64,000 nt of DNA from Solirubrobacterales bacterium (GCA_035502775.1 DATJUB010000043.1:747-64746); one strand, 5' to 3'. Counted from the stretch's first letter, positions 53,162 through 61,872 are shown. Numbers and translations: made by a program. The notes: generated by a model from the sequence alone, not told the origin.

Positions 53162-56100
53162 CTAGCCGGTCACTCCTCCGGCTGAGACGTGGTGTTTGGC
53201 GCGTTTGACCCTCACCTTGCGGTGGGTTTTCACCTTCTTCGTGCCCTTCGCGGTGACCGTGGCGACGTTGACGATCTTGCCAGGAGGGGCGTCACGATCG
53301 ATCCTGGCGATGAACCGCCGCTGTTTGGTCTGGCCAGGCTTGATCGTGCCGAGGTTCCAGCACAGGTTCCCGTTCTCCAGATGGCCTCCCCCTCGGGAGA
53401 TCAGGGACAGGTGCCGGGCGAGGTTGTCACAGAGCCTCACGTTGGTGGCCTTGCCCTTGCCGACGTTCTTGACGATCAGGGTGAAGGTGACCCGGCCGCC
53501 CGGCTTGACCGCCTTGCGGTTCACGAGCTTTCGCACCGTCAGCTTCGGTTTCTTCGGCTTGACCGGCGGTGGTGTCGCCGTGACCGTGACCGAGCTGGGC
53601 GGAGATGTCACGGGTTCACCGCCCGGAGGTATGCCGGTCGCAGTCGCGGTGTCGGTGACCGACTTGTTGTCCAGGTCGGCCCTGGTCACGGTGTAGGTCG
53701 CGGTGCAGTCCATCGATTCACCCGGAATCAGTTCCGTGCGGGGACAGGAGACGGGACCGTCGAGGCTCTGCGCGGGCGGCTGCTGCTGGTCGTCCACGCT
53801 GATCCCGGTGAGTTCGACGTCACCCTCGTTGGTGACATGGAAGGTGTAGGCGATCTTCTCACCGACCTTGGTCACCTTCGTCTTGTCCGCCTTCTTCAGG
53901 ATCCCCAGCTTGGGGTTCTCGGTCGCCGGCAGGGTCAGTTCGTCCGGCGGGGAGTCCACCGAAGGCCCCTCCGGCGGTGTGCCGGTGGCGAACGCGACAT
54001 CGTGGAGTGAGCCGTGCGCGATGTCCGCCGCCCTCACCGAGTACTGGCCGGTGCAGGTGGTCGATTCTCCCTGGGCCAGGGTGGTCTGGGGACAGACGAC
54101 CGGTCCGTCCAGCGGGCCCGAGGGTGCGCTCTGGGTATCGGTGACCTCGATCGCGTTCAGGGTGACGTTGCCGGTGTTGGTGACCAGGAACGAGTAGTCG
54201 ACAACCATGCCGAGATTGAGATTGTCGATCGGCGCTCCCGAGTTGGTGGCTGACTTGACGATCGTGAGCGACGGCTCCTCGTCGACCGGAATGGTCACTT
54301 CGTCCGGATCCGACTCGACCGTCGGCCCGGTCGGCGGATTGCCGAAGCTCGAGGCCACATCGTTGATCGATCCGTGGTCGAGATCGGCCCCGGTCACCGT
54401 GTAGGTACCGGTGCAGGTCGTCGTATCTCCCGGATCGAGACTGGTGTCCAGGCAGGTCACCGGCCCGTCGAGCGCACCGGCCGGGGCCGTCTGCGAATCA
54501 TTCACCCCGACCGAGTTCAAGGTCACGTTGCCCGTGTTCTCGACCTGGAACGTGTAGGTCACCTGTTCGCCGATGCTCGACACACTCGTCTTGTCGGCGC
54601 TCTTCGCGACCGTGATCGATGGATTGTCGTCGACCGGAATGGTCAGATCGTCCGGTGGTGATTCCACCGCGGGTCCGGTCGGCGGCGTTCCACTGGCGGT
54701 CGCCGTATCGGCGACCGAGCCGTTGTTGAGGTCCGCCTGGGTGACGGTATAGGTGCCGGTGCAGTCGGTCGAGTCACCCGGTGCGAGTGTGGTTACTCCA
54801 CAGGTCACCGGCCCGTCGAGCGGACCCGCCGGGGAGGTCTGGACGTCCGCCACCGAGACCGAGGTCAGGGTCACGTTGCCGGTGTTCTCGACATGGAAGG
54901 TGTAGGTGATCTGCTCGCCGACGCTGGAGACACTCGACTTGTCGGCGGACTTGGCGATGGTCAGCGCGGGCTCGAGATCGACCGGCACCGTCAGATCATC
55001 TGGTGGCGATTCCACCTCCGGTCCGGTCGGTGGCGTGCCGCTGGCAGTGGCCGAATCCGCGATCGATCCGTTGTTGATGTCGGCGAGAGTCACCGTGTAG
55101 GTGCCGGTGCAGTCGGTCGCCTGACCCGGAATCAGGGTCGTCAGCGCACAGGTCACAGGCCCGTCGAGCGAACCGGCCGGCGGCGTCTGGGTGTCCGCCA
55201 CCGAGATCGATGACAGCGACACGTTGCCGGTGTTGACCACATGGAAGGTGTAGGTGATCTGCTCGCCGACCTGTGAGACGCTCGCCTTGTCGGCCGTCTT
55301 CGCGATAGTCAGGGAGGGATCGACCACGGCCGGCAGGGTCAGTTCGTCGGGCTCGGATTCGATCGATGGTCCACTCGGTGGGGTACCGTTCGCGACCGCC
55401 GAGTCGTGAAGGGTGCCGTTGTCGATGTCGTCCTGGGTGACCGTGTATTGACCGCTGCAGACGGTCGAGTTCCCCGGCTGGAGTGTGGTCACGAGACAGG
55501 TGACCGGTCCGTCCAGCGGCCCGGATGGCGGTGTCTGGGTATCGGTGACGCCGACCGCGGTCAGGGTGACGTTGCCTGTGTTGGTGACCACGAACGAGTA
55601 GTCGACGACCATGCCCAGGGTGAGGGTGGTGATCGGGTTGCCACCGCTGGTGGCCGACTTGACGATCGTGATCTCGTGCACCGACTCGACCGGGATCGAG
55701 AGATCGTCCGGGGGTGAATCCACCTCCGGCCCGACAGGTGGCGTGCCGCTGGCGAAGGCCGAATCCTGTAGCGAACCATTGTTGAGGTCCGCCTGGGTGA
55801 CCGTGTAGGTGCCGGTGCAGTCGGTCGAGTCTCCGGGATTGAGCGTCGTCTCGGGACAGGTCACCGGACCGTCCAGCGGTCCGGCGGGAGCGGTCTGGGT
55901 GTCGGTCACGCCGACCGCGCTGAGCGGCACGTTGCCGGTGTTCTCGACGTGGAAGGTGTACGTGACCTGTTCGCCGAGGGTCATGATGAACGCCTTGTCG
56001 GCGGTCTTCGAGATCGTCAACGCGGGGTCCGCGGGGCAGGTCTGGACCGAATCCGTGTTGTTGTTGGGGTTGGGATCCGGATCGTCCCCGTCAACGGTCA

Positions 56101-57646
56101 CCGAGTTGGTGATACAGCTGTTCATCGGGGTCGGCGCGTCGGCGGTGACGATGACCGGCACCGAAGCGCCGTTCGCCAGCGGCCCGAGATCGCAGTGCAG
56201 GTTCTGCCCGGTGATCGAACAGCCCGGCGTCGAGGTCGAGGCCCCGGTCACACCCGCCGGAAGCGTGTCGTCCAAGGCCGATCCGGTGCTGTTGTCGGGC
56301 CCGTTGTTGGTGACCGTGATCGTCCAGGTGATTCCGCCTCCGGGAGAGACCACACCGCCGCCGCTCGGGTCGTCCGCGGTTGAAGCGGTCTTCTGCACGC
56401 CCAGATCGACGCTGCTGAAAGTGACGGTCGAATCGCCCGGAGGATTCACACCGGTCGGTATCACGTTGGAGGCGCTGTTGGTGAAGGTGCCGCTGTTCGG
56501 CGAGGTCACGTTCACGGTGACCGTGCAGGATGCCTGCCCGACGTTCAGGTTGCCGCTGCCGCTGACCGAGGTGCCGCCCACGGTCGCGTTGACCACACCG
56601 GCCGGACAGTTGGTGGAGGCCGCCGACGGTGACGCGACCACCAGGCCCGAGGGAAGATTGTCGGTGAAGGACCAGCCGGTCTTCGCCGCCAGGTCGGTCG
56701 TGTTGGTGATCGTGAAGGTCATGGTGGTCGGCTGGCCGGGCAGCAGGGACGAGGGGCTGAACGACTTGTCCAGCTGAGGAGTCACGTCGAGCAGCTTGAT
56801 GTTGTCGAAGGCGGCGTCGTTGCCGTTGCCGCTCGCCTGCCCGTTCACCATCTGGATTCCGACCGCCGAACCCGCGAAGAGCACTCCCGTGTTGGAGAAG
56901 TACGTTCCGGCGCGGATGTCCAGCGCGGGTGCGGCACCACGGGCCGGGGTCGAGATCAGCTGGCCTCCGGGATCGCTGCAGGGATCGATCGGGGTGCTGA
57001 ACGCGGGAAGCACGGTGTTGCCGTCAAGCAGCGAGAACTTGAACTCCGCGTGATTGGAGAAGCAGTTGATCTCGGCCGCGTCGATCGAGAATCCCAGATA
57101 CCGGTTGGTGGTGATCAGCGAGATCGGGTTGACGGTCCTGAACTGGACCTTGTCGGCGCCGGGATCGGCGCCCTGCGTGTATGCCGTCACGGCATGGTTC
57201 TGCCCCGGTGTCGGCGAACCCTGAAGTCCCCCGAGCGCGTAGGCCATCTGGCGGACCCGGTCATAGGCCGGCAGCGGGGCCGGGGTGGAACAATCGGCGG
57301 GCTGCTGCGCCGCGGTCGAGGCGAACTCGAGAATCCAGCCGTTGCACGCCGTCAGCCATGCCGGAGCGGCGGTATACGTCTGCCCTGTGGCCCCCACGTA
57401 GTTGTTCAGCCGAACGGGGCCCGTGCCCATCCCGTTCTCGAACGGCTCGCTGAAGATCGGCACGGGATCCTGAGGAACCCCAGGGGTGCCCGGCGCGGCC
57501 GACGCACCGGCCGGTGCCAGCATCCCGAGCAGAGCGGCGGCGATCAGCCCGAACGAGACGAGAACCGAGCGGAGGCGAGTTCGCGATCCGCCAATTGAAG
57601 CGAATCGATCAGATCCGGAGGACGCGAGAACTGTCAGACGGGACAT
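53162..57646 (-). CDS. Giant secreted surface/adhesin-like protein with tandem DUF11/'conserved repeat domain'-type Ig-like repeats and basic C-terminal tail
   Basis: ATG 57646 has GAGG 6 nt upstream (GTG 57652 is also possible). The signal peptide is ...LVSFGLIAAALLGMLAPAGASA. The N-terminal roughly 290 aa are unassigned, followed by two divergent repeat domains and seven 115-120-aa repeats of the form T(I/V)(A/V)K(T/S)ADK....(V/I)GE(Q/K)(I/V)TYTF.V.NTGNV.L....V.D.Q..P.G.LDGPV(T/S)C.....L.PG....C(T/S)G.YTVT. The basic tail ends ...KVRVKRAKHHVSAGGVTG. The family names are recalled from memory. Confidence 0.85.
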   Translation of the reverse strand: MSRLTVLASSGSDRFASIGGSRTRLRSVLVSFGLIAAALLGMLAPAGASAAPGTPGVPQDPVPIFSEPFENGMGTGPVRLNNYVGATGQTYTAAPAWLTACNGWILEFASTAAQQPADCSTPAPLPAYDRVRQMAYALGGLQGSPTPGQNHAVTAYTQGADPGADKVQFRTVNPISLITTNRYLGFSIDAAEINCFSNHAEFKFSLLDGNTVLPAFSTPIDPCSDPGGQLISTPARGAAPALDIRAGTYFSNTGVLFAGSAVGIQMVNGQASGNGNDAAFDNIKLLDVTPQLDKSFSPSSLLPGQPTTMTFTITNTTDLAAKTGWSFTDNLPSGLVVASPSAASTNCPAGVVNATVGGTSVSGSGNLNVGQASCTVTVNVTSPNSGTFTNSASNVIPTGVNPPGDSTVTFSSVDLGVQKTASTADDPSGGGVVSPGGGITWTITVTNNGPDNSTGSALDDTLPAGVTGASTSTPGCSITGQNLHCDLGPLANGASVPVIVTADAPTPMNSCITNSVTVDGDDPDPNPNNNTDSVQTCPADPALTISKTADKAFIMTLGEQVTYTFHVENTGNVPLSAVGVTDTQTAPAGPLDGPVTCPETTLNPGDSTDCTGTYTVTQADLNNGSLQDSAFASGTPPVGPEVDSPPDDLSIPVESVHEITIVKSATSGGNPITTLTLGMVVDYSFVVTNTGNVTLTAVGVTDTQTPPSGPLDGPVTCLVTTLQPGNSTVCSGQYTVTQDDIDNGTLHDSAVANGTPPSGPSIESEPDELTLPAVVDPSLTIAKTADKASVSQVGEQITYTFHVVNTGNVSLSSISVADTQTPPAGSLDGPVTCALTTLIPGQATDCTGTYTVTLADINNGSIADSATASGTPPTGPEVESPPDDLTVPVDLEPALTIAKSADKSSVSSVGEQITYTFHVENTGNVTLTSVSVADVQTSPAGPLDGPVTCGVTTLAPGDSTDCTGTYTVTQADLNNGSVADTATASGTPPTGPAVESPPDDLTIPVDDNPSITVAKSADKTSVSSIGEQVTYTFQVENTGNVTLNSVGVNDSQTAPAGALDGPVTCLDTSLDPGDTTTCTGTYTVTGADLDHGSINDVASSFGNPPTGPTVESDPDEVTIPVDEEPSLTIVKSATNSGAPIDNLNLGMVVDYSFLVTNTGNVTLNAIEVTDTQSAPSGPLDGPVVCPQTTLAQGESTTCTGQYSVRAADIAHGSLHDVAFATGTPPEGPSVDSPPDELTLPATENPKLGILKKADKTKVTKVGEKIAYTFHVTNEGDVELTGISVDDQQQPPAQSLDGPVSCPRTELIPGESMDCTATYTVTRADLDNKSVTDTATATGIPPGGEPVTSPPSSVTVTATPPPVKPKKPKLTVRKLVNRKAVKPGGRVTFTLIVKNVGKGKATNVRLCDNLARHLSLISRGGGHLENGNLCWNLGTIKPGQTKQRRFIARIDRDAPPGKIVNVATVTAKGTKKVKTHRKVRVKRAKHHVSAGGVTG
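53576..56032 (-). repeat. In-frame tandem repeat array (7 units of 345-360 bp) inside the adhesin gene, with a 1404-bp higher-order period
   Basis: The repeat boundaries from my residue count are aa 541-655, 656-775, 776-891, 892-1007, 1008-1123, 1124-1243 and 1244-1359. Units 2 and 6 are a distinct 120-aa subtype (T/SIVKSAT.(S)G..I..L.LGMVVDYSF.VTNTGNV), exactly 468 aa apart. The spurious + strand ORFs 54207..54404 and 55611..55808 are near-copies of each other, which confirms the DNA-level repeat. Confidence 0.85.
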
Positions 57647-57764
57647 GCACAACCTCGATTTCCGACTAACGGGGCTGGCTTCAAAGCCAGTCCCTGCTGG
57701 AGTGGCGAAGCGGTGGCCCCCGAGAGACGCCCGGGGGCGATCGCGGAAAATCAGTTCATTTTCG

Positions 57765-57793
57765 AACTTAGCGCCAGGTGTTCAAAATTGCAA
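57765..57793 (-). promoter_or_regulatory. Putative sigma-70-like promoter of the adhesin gene
   Basis: The minus strand reads TTGCAA (57793-57788), 17 nt, then TAAGTT (57770-57765), within a locally AT-rich patch. This would give a 5' leader of roughly 110 nt. Confidence 0.35.
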
Positions 57794-57848
57794 ACGACAC
57801 CCCGAAAATGGGTACTCGGCACCACACCGGCAGATCTTCATGCAGCCG

Positions 57849-58622
57849 TCAGGGCTTCGGCGGGAGCGGGATGAAGGCACTGGTCCGCTCGACGTATTCC
57901 GAGTAGCCGGACCGGCGGGAACCGATGTCCTTCTCCAGCAGGGTCACACCGGATACGCGCAGCAGGAAGAAGGTCATCACGACCGGACCGAGAACCGTCC
58001 ACCAGGCCGCGCCGGAGCCGATCGCGAGCAGCCAGATCCCCCACCACTGGGTCGCGTCGCCGAAGTAGTTGGGATGGCGGCTGTACCTCCAAAGCCCGCG
58101 GTCCATCACCTGCCCGCCGTTGTCCGGATCCCTGCGGAAGGCCGTGAGCTGGGCATCGCCGACCGCCTCGAAGAAGAAGCCGAGGGCGAAGCCGGCCACC
58201 CCGATCCAGGAGAGAGCCGCGACCGAATCCGGGTCCTGGGCAGCCAGCGACTGCAGTGGAATCGAGACGAGCAGAGCGATGATCCCCTGGAGCAGAAACA
58301 CCCCGAAGAGCGACCAGATCCAGAAGGTGTCCGGCCGTTTCGCGCGCATCTTCCCGTAGCGCCGGTCCTCGTCGTGACCGAGGTTCCGCCGGCCGACATG
58401 AACCGCCAGCCGGAGCCCCCACAGGGTGACCAGGCAGCAGGCGAGCAGCATCGAGGCCGACCCTTCACCAGCCAGGTAGGAGGTCCACGCGATCACGATG
58501 AAAACGAGGCCCCAGGCGATATCGGCGACTCCCGCGTCGCGCCTGGCGAGGCTGATCAACCAGGCGAAGATCATCAACGCGAGAGCCGCCGATGCCGCGG
58601 GGACTGTGACCGCTGTGTCCAC
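57849..58622 (-). CDS. DUF1295 / steroid 5-alpha-reductase-like membrane protein
   Basis: A multi-TM protein with the C-terminal signature GLWRYSRHPNYFGDATQWWGIWL. Confidence 0.75.
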   Translation of the reverse strand: MDTAVTVPAASAALALMIFAWLISLARRDAGVADIAWGLVFIVIAWTSYLAGEGSASMLLACCLVTLWGLRLAVHVGRRNLGHDEDRRYGKMRAKRPDTFWIWSLFGVFLLQGIIALLVSIPLQSLAAQDPDSVAALSWIGVAGFALGFFFEAVGDAQLTAFRRDPDNGGQVMDRGLWRYSRHPNYFGDATQWWGIWLLAIGSGAAWWTVLGPVVMTFFLLRVSGVTLLEKDIGSRRSGYSEYVERTSAFIPLPPKP

Positions 58623-58667
58623 GCGTTTCAGCTACCCGTTCGGCCCCTCCCTCACCCAGGGAGGTTC

Positions 58668-60059
58668 CTACCGGACCGCGACCCGCGCGATCGTGGTCAT
58701 CGACTGGTAGTAGATGTCCCGGTTCCAGCCGGGGGCCGGGAACAGGAATGCCTGGCTCGGCGAGGGCACATCGACCCGCGCCTTGTCCTCGCCCGTATCC
58801 AGGTCGAGGATGACCAGCTGGTCGTGGCCGAGTGGTTTCGAGTTCTTGCGGACCAGGGCCGAGTGTCCGGCGAAACGAACCGTCGGCCGGATCGCCCGGC
58901 GCAGCCCCCGCTTTCGCAGGAGCGGCGGATCGACCCAGTCCTGGGTGACCAGTTCCCGGGTGTCCGGATAGAGGATCAGGTGCCCGGCATGGGCGAAGCC
59001 GTCGCGCCGCCACAGGTCCTCCAGCTCATCGCCGACCAGCCTCCAGGCCCGGATCACCGCGTTGCCGGCGTCGTAGGCGATCACGGTTCCCGTGTCCGGA
59101 TCCCAGGCCGGCGGGTTCGACTCGGTGCCGTAGGGCAGGCCGCTGATCTCGACCGAGCGGATCGCCTCGGGATCGTCACGCCGCGCCCACCAGAGACGGA
59201 CGGGATCGGGCGCGTCTCCCGAGCCACGCATCGACCAGTCGGTCTCGTTGCGGCCGTTGTCCATCCAGAAGACGTGGTGTTCGGTGATCACGGGATCCCA
59301 GCCGTAGCTGCGGCCGGGGGCCGGGCCGTAGCTCGGCTTCCATCGCTCGTCGATCACCAGCTTGCCGGCCGCGCGGTCGAGACGCAGCTGGAAGATCGTC
59401 TCGGTTCCGACCGCGATCACGTTCTCACCGTCGGAGGCGAGCCGGGCGATGCTCGGCTCGGGCAGGAGCAGGGGCGGTGCGGCCGGCATCAGGGTCTCGG
59501 GATCGAGCACCGAGAAGGTCGATCGTTCCAGCCCGTCCGGAGCGTCGCAGTCCTTGGTCACGAGCTCGCCCCCGTCGAGGATTACGAACGAGTTGTGGGG
59601 CCGGGACACCGGCAGCCGGTGCGAGGCCAGCACCTCGAGGCCGGCGGAGAGCCGGTGTGCCCAGCGGCCGAAGACCATGTAGATGTCGCCGTTGGCATGG
59701 GCACCCATCCCGCCCGGCCAGTACTGGCCGCCGGGCAGCTTCGGGGTGGTCGCGGTCACCGCGAGCGTCTCCGGATCGAGCTTCTCGACCCAGCCCTCGA
59801 CCGATCCCGACAGGGGCTTGCCGAGCGGCAGATCATGGCGGAGGGCGTAGAGCTCTCCGGGCTCGCGTCGGATCAGCAGGTCGGTGGCGAAGGCATCCTT
59901 GAACGCCTCCACCTTCAGGCTCTCCCCCGGCCTGACTCCCGGGCCGGCCTGGCCTTCGGGAATGCCCCAGCGCCGCGGGCCGCCATCCTCGCCCGACCAT
60001 GGCCGCGGCCAGTAGGCGCCCGGCGAGTCCGGCGCGCCACTACCTGCAGTTGCTGCCAC
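58668..60059 (-). CDS. Hypothetical protein (463 aa, beta-rich, possibly propeller-like), co-transcribed with the sulfatase
   Basis: It has host-like composition and a clean ORF. Its start overlaps the upstream sulfatase 3' end by 20 nt. I recognise no signal peptide and no motif I can name. Confidence 0.55.
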   Translation of the reverse strand: MAATAGSGAPDSPGAYWPRPWSGEDGGPRRWGIPEGQAGPGVRPGESLKVEAFKDAFATDLLIRREPGELYALRHDLPLGKPLSGSVEGWVEKLDPETLAVTATTPKLPGGQYWPGGMGAHANGDIYMVFGRWAHRLSAGLEVLASHRLPVSRPHNSFVILDGGELVTKDCDAPDGLERSTFSVLDPETLMPAAPPLLLPEPSIARLASDGENVIAVGTETIFQLRLDRAAGKLVIDERWKPSYGPAPGRSYGWDPVITEHHVFWMDNGRNETDWSMRGSGDAPDPVRLWWARRDDPEAIRSVEISGLPYGTESNPPAWDPDTGTVIAYDAGNAVIRAWRLVGDELEDLWRRDGFAHAGHLILYPDTRELVTQDWVDPPLLRKRGLRRAIRPTVRFAGHSALVRKNSKPLGHDQLVILDLDTGEDKARVDVPSPSQAFLFPAPGWNRDIYYQSMTTIARVAVR

Positions 60060-61722
60060 GACACTCCCTCAGGCGGCTGGCCTTGGCTTCGAGCTGGGCG
60101 ACGAGACCGGCCCTGGCCGGATCGGCGGCGATGTTGTTCAACTCGTCCGGATCCTTCTTCAGGTCGTAGAGCTCGGTCTCGGGCTTGCCGCTCTCGTCGT
60201 TGAACGACCAGTGGATGTACTTGTAGCGATCGGTCCGCACCCCGTAGTAGGGCAGGTCGAAGGCCGTGACCGGCGTGTAGAAGCGGAAGAGCGGACGCAT
60301 CGCCTCGATCGGCTGGTCCCGCTTCGGCAGGCCCTTCCTGCCCTTCGCGGCGGGCAGCAGCGAGATCCCGTCGGCGGTGCGGCCCGAACGGGCCCCGGCC
60401 ATGTCGAGCACGGTCGCGGTGATGTCGACGTCGAGCGCCGAGCCGGTGCGGGTCTTGCCCGCCTTGATGCCCGGCCCGCTCATCAGGGCCGGCACGTTGA
60501 TCGAGTTCTCGTACGGCAGGAACTTCGAGCTGCGCAGGCGGTGCTCGCCCTGCATGTAACCGTTGTCGGAGGTGAAGATGAAGTAGGTGTTCCGGAACTC
60601 CCCGGCCTTCTTCAGCTGCTTGGTGATCTTGCCGACCTGGTCGTCGACCGACCGCAGGGCGCCGAGGCGGCCGCGGTAGTTGTCGGTGATGTCCGAGATC
60701 TGGGCATCGGTCAGCAGCGGCAGGTTCTTCAGGTTGCTGGCCTTGTCGGACACGTCGGCCTCGTTGAACGAGGCCGGGCGCGGCAGGGGCGTCTTGTCGT
60801 ACGTGTCGGCGTAGCGGATCGGCGGACGCGGATCCGGGGTGGGCGCGCCCTGGCGCAGGCCCTGAAGATGGTTGGTGTCCTCGGCATGCGGGCCGGGCGG
60901 CGCGTAGTAGAGGAAGAAGGGCTTCCTCTTCGGCGCCGCGTTCTTGACGAAGTTCGCGGCGAAGCGGCCGTTGACATCCATCGAGTACTGGCTCTCGTCC
61001 TGGGTGCCGAAGTAGTCATACGGCTGGAACGCCTCGTGGGCCTGGGCGATCAGCTCGCCGAAGCTCTCCGGCGGATCGTTGGTGCCCAGGGTGGCGAAAT
61101 CGAGCTGAGCCTCGGCGTACTTCCGGTCCCCATGGAACTGGACCTTGCCGTCCACGTTCATCGCGTAGTTGAAGTAGTCGTAGGTCGAGTTGTCGAGCAG
61201 GGTCGCCCAGCGGTCCCAGCCGGGCGGGATCTCGGTCCGGTCGAGGCTGCCGTACTCGTTCAGGTACTTGCCGACGAGAGCGGTGCGGTAGCCGGCGCGC
61301 TGGAGCCAGGGGCCGAGCGAGTTCTTCTGGTTGAGCCTGCCGGGCAGGTCCTTGAAGCGGAGGTGGCCGCCATCGTTGGAGCGGAAGTTGCTGAGCACCT
61401 GGTTGTTGTGGGAGAGCTGTCCGGTGAGCAGGCTGGCCCGGGCGGGTCCGCAGAGCGGATACGGCACCACGTAGTTCGAGAACTGGGTCCCCCCGCGATC
61501 CATCAGGCGACTCACGTTCGGCATGAACCGGATGTCGCCGCGGATCGCGTCATCGGCCTGGATCAGGACGATGTTGGGTCGGGCCCCGTTCTTCGTGGGG
61601 GCCTTCTTCGCCTGGGAGACGCCGACCGAGGCGAGCATGACGAAGAAGGCGACGGCGAGCACCTCGGCGACGGCGCAGCGAAGCCAGGCCCAAGTTGGCG
61701 ATCGATCAAACGGTGTGATCAT
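60040..61722 (-). CDS. Cys-type sulfatase (membrane-anchored/secreted)
   Basis: The protein has NIVLIQADD and the signature PLCGPARASLLTG (C-x-P-x-R). I prefer ATG 61722 (MITPFDRS...) because GGAGGAGGAG ends 6 nt upstream. The listed TTG 61740 lies inside that SD-like run. The N-terminal hydrophobic segment is VLAVAFFVMLASVGVSQA. Confidence 0.85.
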   Translation of the reverse strand: MITPFDRSPTWAWLRCAVAEVLAVAFFVMLASVGVSQAKKAPTKNGARPNIVLIQADDAIRGDIRFMPNVSRLMDRGGTQFSNYVVPYPLCGPARASLLTGQLSHNNQVLSNFRSNDGGHLRFKDLPGRLNQKNSLGPWLQRAGYRTALVGKYLNEYGSLDRTEIPPGWDRWATLLDNSTYDYFNYAMNVDGKVQFHGDRKYAEAQLDFATLGTNDPPESFGELIAQAHEAFQPYDYFGTQDESQYSMDVNGRFAANFVKNAAPKRKPFFLYYAPPGPHAEDTNHLQGLRQGAPTPDPRPPIRYADTYDKTPLPRPASFNEADVSDKASNLKNLPLLTDAQISDITDNYRGRLGALRSVDDQVGKITKQLKKAGEFRNTYFIFTSDNGYMQGEHRLRSSKFLPYENSINVPALMSGPGIKAGKTRTGSALDVDITATVLDMAGARSGRTADGISLLPAAKGRKGLPKRDQPIEAMRPLFRFYTPVTAFDLPYYGVRTDRYKYIHWSFNDESGKPETELYDLKKDPDELNNIAADPARAGLVAQLEAKASRLRECRGSNCR

Positions 61723-61769
61723 TCCCGACTCCTCCTCCAACCCTCATTGGCATCCGGTCAATAAGGAGT

Positions 61770-61799
61770 TTGACATACATAACCTCACCAACACATAAA
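61770..61799 (+). promoter_or_regulatory. Putative promoter of the PPK2 gene
   Basis: TTGACA (61770-61775), 18 nt, then CATAAA (61794-61799), in an AT-rich patch of the sulfatase/PPK2 divergent region. Confidence 0.25.
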
Positions 61800-61872
61800 G
61801 ACCGTGAAATGAGCGGTATGGGTGATCGACGCGGGCTGGTTCGGCACCGACCCGCCCGGATAGGCTCAGCCC

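Noticed and set aside
53576-56032. A regular repeat array could superficially suggest a CRISPR or satellite locus.
   Set aside because: The units are 345-360 bp, lie in frame inside one long ORF, and encode Ig-like protein repeats. There is no spacer/repeat architecture of 25-50 bp.
57647-57764. The adhesin leader could be a c-di-GMP (GEMM-type) or other known riboswitch.
   Set aside because: By eye I could not match the leader to any riboswitch consensus I remember. It is kept only as a generic structured-leader observation, and an Rfam scan is needed.
57486-61764. Two very long + strand ORFs (57486..60203 at 905 aa and 60211..61764 at 517 aa) lie opposite the DUF1295, hypothetical and sulfatase genes.
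   Set aside because: The minus-strand genes carry clear family signatures (RHPNYFGD, CGPARASLLTG). The + strand translations are Arg/Pro/Gly/Asp-rich with no recognisable domain.
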